From: an uncultured Chloroflexia bacterium
Lineage (GTDB): Bacteria > Chloroflexota > Limnocylindria > Limnocylindrales > CSP1-4
Assembly (NCBI GenBank): GCA_963837825.1
Contig: CAWIOR010000011.1
Coordinates: 259,414 to 323,413 of the forward strand
Reading direction: 5' to 3'
Length of the DNA stretch: 64,000 nt
The notes under the pieces were generated by a model. That model ran no database searches. It was not told the origin of the DNA and saw nothing but the letters and a program-made list of their open reading frames with translations. Below, piece by piece: positions 60,096 through 64,000 of this stretch. Numbering within the stretch: the first letter of the stretch is position 1; each line of letters opens with the position of its first letter. The position numbers and the translations under genes were made by a program.

Positions 60096-61829
60096 TCAGC
60101 GCGCGGCCGCGCGGTCGACGGCCGAGCCCGCCGAGCGCCATCCCGCCGCCCTCGCCCGCGAGGAGCCGGCGATGGAAGCTGATCGGAAGGCTGCCGTTGC
60201 GCAGCAGCGCGTCGTGGAAGCGCTTCAGCGAGAACGCCGACCCGAGGCGGGCCGATTCGTCGGCGCGGAGCTGGAGGAGGAGGACCTTGCCCAGCAGGTA
60301 GCTCAGCTGGTAGGTCGGCGTGTAGGTGTAGCGGAGGACCTCGGCCCGGGCGTTGGCCTCCTCGAAGCGCGTCTTGCTCGACCATGAACCGGATCGCCTC
60401 GTCGACGCCGACCTCGCCGCGGTGCATCCGGACGTCGAGGATGATCCGGCAGGCCCGCCAGATCGCGTCGGTGTGCATGTTCAGCCGGAAGTTCGGGGCG
60501 TCGTCGAAGCCCTGCTCGCGCATCAGCTGCTCGGAGTACATCCCCCAGCCTTCGACGAACTCGGGTGCGTTGGTCAGCGCCCGGGTCAGGCTGGGGTGCT
60601 TCCCGGCGACCGACAGCTGGAGGTGATGGCCGGGGTACGCCTCGTGGATGCTGGTGTTGCTGATCGAGCTGTAGTTGTGCTCGCGCATGGCGTTCGGGTC
60701 GTCGCCCACCGACGGCGTGACGATGTAGATCCCGGACGGGTTCCGGTCGAACTTCGGCGGGTCGAAGTAGGCCGCGAACGGGATGACGTTGCGGAGGTAC
60801 TCGGGAGTCGGGATGACGTCGATCCGCTCATCGTCGGGGACGGTCACGATGTCGTGATCGATGAGGTGGCGCCGGGCGCGGACCATCACGTCGCGGTAGG
60901 CGGCGAGGGCCGCCTCGAACGTCGCCGGGTGGTCTTCCTTGATCCGGTCGACGACGGTCTTCTCGTCGACGCTCGGGTCGATCTCGCGGGCGGCCTCGAC
61001 CCGTGCCGCCGCATTCCGGGCGAGCTGCTCCAGGCCGATCTCGAGGATCGCGTCGGCGTCGAGCCCATCGAACGCGCGCAGGCCGACCAGCTCGTCGTAG
61101 CGCTCCCGGCCGAGCGCCCAGTCGTCGGTCCCGTTCGCCAGGGTGCTCTCGAGCCAGACCCGATACTCGGCGACCGCGGCCCTGGCTCGGTCCGCGGCCG
61201 CGCCGCAGGCGGCGCTGCTCGGGAGCGGCCAGGACTCCCTCGCCGGCCGCCACGATCTCGTCGAACAGGGTCGGGATCTCGCCGGCGGTCTCGATCTCGA
61301 TCGTCTGCCACAGGCGGACCTGGGGCACGACCGCCCGGCTGCGCGAGGCGGCCAGGAAGCCTGGGGTCGCCTCCATCCGGCTGGCCATCGCGTCGAGGCG
61401 CTCGGCGAGCGGGGCGAAGTCGCGGGCGAACAGCGCGAAGAGCGGGTCGCCGACCCCGTCGAGGGCGGTCGAACGACGCTCCCAGACGCGCTGGACCTCG
61501 AGGTCGAACAGGTCCCGCCGGAGGTTGTGGAGCTCGAGGTCCCGCTCGAGAAGCGCCTCGGCCGACAGCCCAGCCGGGTCGACAGCCTCGACGGCGGCGA
61601 GGTGGGCCCGGTCCGCCGCGATCTCGCCGAGGACGGCATCGCGCTCGCCGTCGGCCAGGCGGTGATCCTCGGTGTGGATCCCGATGAACGTGGCGAAGTC
61701 CGGGTGGTCCCGGACGATCCGCCGGAAGCGCCCCTCGACCAGGTCGTAGAACCGATCGTCGAGTGGACCGCGATCGGGGGCGGGACCCGGGCGGGGGAGC
61801 GCGAATCCGTCGAGTGTCGATCCGGTCAC
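60096..61829 (-). pseudogene. DUF885-family protein with about 3 apparent frameshifts (~61200, ~60380, ~60110)
   Basis: GTG 61829 (GGAGG 6 nt upstream) gives ...[28 protein letters not shown].... The middle frame has ...NTSIHEAYPGHHLQLSV...EGWGMYSEQLM.... The tail frame has ...TYQLSYLLGKVLLLQLR...FHDALLRNGSLPISF... Confidence 0.7.
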
Positions 61830-61867
61830 GTGGGTCCTCCCCGGGCGACCGGTCCGGCAACCGGTCG

Positions 61868-62977
61868 TCAGTGCGTTCCTGGGGCCGCGGGCGTCGTCTC
61901 GCGCAACACGGCGCTGACGGCGGCCAGGATGGTCTGGATGTCGCTGGCGTCGATGCCGTGGTGGGTCACCGCGCGCACCTGACCGTGTGGATATTCCACC
62001 ATCAGGACGTTCCGCGCACGGAGCGCCGCCAGGAACGCCGAGCCGGGAACGTTCGACCCGGAAGACGACGAAGTTCGTGGCGACCCGTCCGGGATCGAGC
62101 GGTCCCGACCCGGGCTGAGCGACATCACCGGCGGCGACGATCCCGGGCAGCTCGCCGAGGCCCTCGGCCAGGCGGCCGGCGTTGGCGTGGTCGTCGGCCA
62201 GGCGCTCGATCATCCCGGCCGGGCCGTCGCGCAGGGCGACCAGCCCGGGGGCGGCGAGGACGCCGGCCTGGCGCATCCCGCCGCCCACGAGCTTGCGCGC
62301 CCGGCGCGCCCGACCGACGAACGCCGCCGAGCCGACGACCAGCGAGCCGACCGGACAGGCCAGCCCTTTGCTCAGGCAGAACGTGACCGAGTCCGCCGGC
62401 GCGGCCAGCTCGCGCGGGCGTCGTCCCGAGGGCCACGACGGCATTGAAGAACCGGGCGCCGTCGACGTGGAGCGGGACTCCGTGGTCGTGGGCGATCGTC
62501 GCGATCCGGGTCATGTACTCGGCATCGAGCGGCTGGCCCATCGAGTGGGCGTGGGTGTTCTCGAGGGTGACCAGACCGCTCGGTGGCTCATGGACGTCGG
62601 TCGGGTCGCGGAAGGCCTCGTCGACCGCGTCCGGGTCGAGCGTCCCGTCGGGCAGCTCGGGCAGCTGCCGGATCGACGCCCCGACGATGACCGCATGGCC
62701 GGCCGCCTCGTCGATCACCAGGTGGTGCTGGCGCCCGGCGATGGCCTCCTGGCCGCGGGCGAGGTGACCCATCAGCGCGACGAGGTTGCCCTGCGTCCCG
62801 CTGGTCACGAACAGGGCGGCCTCCTTGCCCAGCAGCTCGGCGGCGCGCTTCTCGAGGGCGTTGACCGTGGGGTCCTCGCCGAAGCACGTCGTCGCCCACC
62901 TCGGCCGCCGCCATCGCCCGGCGCATTTCGTCGGTCGGGACGGTCACGGTGTCCGAGCGGAGGTCGATCGGGGGCAT
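61868..62977 (-). pseudogene. ltaE: Low-specificity L-threonine aldolase with about 3 apparent frameshifts (~62887, ~62440, ~62120)
   Basis: ATG 62977 gives [31 protein letters not shown]. After shifts it reads [37 protein letters not shown]...LENTHAHSMGQPL...[10 protein letters not shown], then ...[18 protein letters not shown]..., then ...[23 protein letters not shown]... Confidence 0.75.
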
Positions 62978-63074
62978 CGGCCGAGTATAGGGCGCACCTC
63001 GGTGGGCCCCCGTCGAGGCCCGTCCCCGCGACGGACAACCCGCTCGCCACCTGCTATCCTCCGCAGGCCGCAAC

Positions 63075-63151
63075 GGACCCGTGGTGTAGCGGCCCAACAT
63101 GCCAGCCTGTCACGCTGGAGATCGCCGGTTCGAATCCGGTCGGGTCCGCCA
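63075..63151 (+). tRNA. tRNA-Asp (anticodon GUC), CCA encoded
   Basis: GGACCCG/TG/GTGT-AGCGGCCCA-ACAT/G/CCAGC-CTGTCAC-GCTGG/AGATC/GCCGG-TTCGAAT-CCGGT/CGGGTCC/G/CCA. Confidence 0.93.
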
Positions 63152-63257
63152 TCGACGCCTTCATCCAACGCCCCGTCCTCCCGCCCGGACGGGGCGTTCC
63201 CTTGCCACCGGTGACGGGGCCCTCGTAGCGGGCTCGTCCATCTGGCAGACTCCGCTG

Positions 63258-64000
63258 GTGAGCCAGCAGCGTCGTCGTCGCCCGCAGGCCCATCGGATCG
63301 GCGAGGTCCGGCGGGGCCCGTCGGTCGGGCCGGTCGGGGTCGCGGTCGGCATCGTCGCCGTCCTGGCGGTCGCGGTCATCCTCCTCGCCGGGCCGGGGGC
63401 GAATCCGGCGGCCACACCCGGGCCGGGCGGCTCGGGCGTCGCGGTCGGCTCGGTCGGTGGCCTCGGGTCGGCTTCTCCGTCGACCACCGCCGGGTCCAGC
63501 GGGGGGTCGCCCACCGCGTCCGCGACCGGACCGTCGCCCAGCCCGTCCGGCGAGGCGCTGGCGGACGTGCCGATCGTGCCGGTCGTCGACTTCCGGTCGA
63601 CCGAGACGTCGGTGAAGAGCGCCGACGTGAAGGCGGCGCTCGGGGCGGGGACCGGCCGCTACAAGGCGGTCGAACTGGTGGCCGGCGACGCCGACGCGAT
63701 CCTGGCCGCGCTCGGCGCCTCGAGGCCGAGCGCGGCCGGCAGGCTGATCCTGGCCAAGGACGCGGCGACGCTGGCCAAGGACCTGGCCAAGGACCGCGAC
63801 CGGCTCGCCTTCCTGCGCGCCGACCAGGTCAGCCCGGCGGTCCGCGCCCTGGCCTGGGGGGCGAGGGCCCTGTTCGGGGTCGACCGGGTGACGAAGCTGG
63901 CCGATTGGCCGCTCAGGGCACGTCTTGCTGCGCCGACCGGCGCCGCGGCGTTCGATCCGGCAGCCACCTGGACGATGGTCGCCGGCGGCGACATCATGCT
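63258..64000 (+). CDS. Membrane-anchored protein, possibly CapA/PGA-synthesis (metallophosphatase) family; continues past the window end
   Basis: Manual translation from GTG 63258 has no stop to the window end and high GC3: VSQQRRRRPQ...VAVGIVAVLAVAVILLAG...VPIVPVVDFRSTE...WTMVAGGDIM. Absent from the ORF track because it is open-ended. Confidence 0.55.
   Translation, partial: MSQQRRRRPQAHRIGEVRRGPSVGPVGVAVGIVAVLAVAVILLAGPGANPAATPGPGGSGVAVGSVGGLGSASPSTTAGSSGGSPTASATGPSPSPSGEALADVPIVPVVDFRSTETSVKSADVKAALGAGTGRYKAVELVAGDADAILAALGASRPSAAGRLILAKDAATLAKDLAKDRDRLAFLRADQVSPAVRALAWGARALFGVDRVTKLADWPLRARLAAPTGAAAFDPAATWTMVAGGDIM

Overview
High-GC (roughly 70%) bacterial chromosomal segment with Actinomycetota- or Chloroflexota-like gene content; I cannot place it more precisely. 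GC3 bias is strong, so most very long ORFs in the track (e.g. 121..1710+, 1571..4579+, 7999..11754-, 13669..16401+, 22522..25830+, 58640..61639-) are wrong-frame artefacts. I called genes from protein-like composition, motifs, GC3 and start/stop coupling. About 70 genes are supported. They include: a partial complex I operon (nuoA-B-C-D-H, then an odd NuoI/NuoE/NuoF-like end) with a MidA/NDUFAF7-type methyltransferase upstream; folK, glpX and purH; a heat-shock block (hsp20-hspR-lon-J-protein, then clpB); a KimA-like APC transporter-USP-TrkA-TrkA operon with a second KimA-like paralog at 55.6 kb; rsmG; an orphan histidine kinase; csoR; hpt; a LIV-type ABC transporter; an NYN-domain protein with an RGG/basic-repeat tail; holB; acylphosphatase; MOSC; SDR; a DapA-family lyase; a GGDEF+HD-GYP protein; an amidohydrolase; AhpD-like and OsmC proteins; a LuxR/alpha-beta-hydrolase regulator; an F420-type DDN-family protein; two cyclophilins; hisA; a DUF885 protein; ltaE; and tRNA-Arg(CCG) and tRNA-Asp(GUC). 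I found no rRNA, CRISPR array or intact transposase. The most interesting items are: (1) a ~123-nt element present twice, each copy 26-27 nt upstream of a minus-strand start codon, inside a lower-GC tract next to tRNA-Arg and a serine-recombinase remnant; (2) a 670-nt gene-free gap between convergent genes with a lower-GC structured core; (3) the KimA-like/USP/2xTrkA operon; (4) the degenerate NuoI-NuoE-NuoF junction. Many conserved genes carry single-nucleotide frame disruptions, clustered at 59.4-63 kb, which may be assembly indels or real decay. All coordinates were derived by hand, and no database search was possible.
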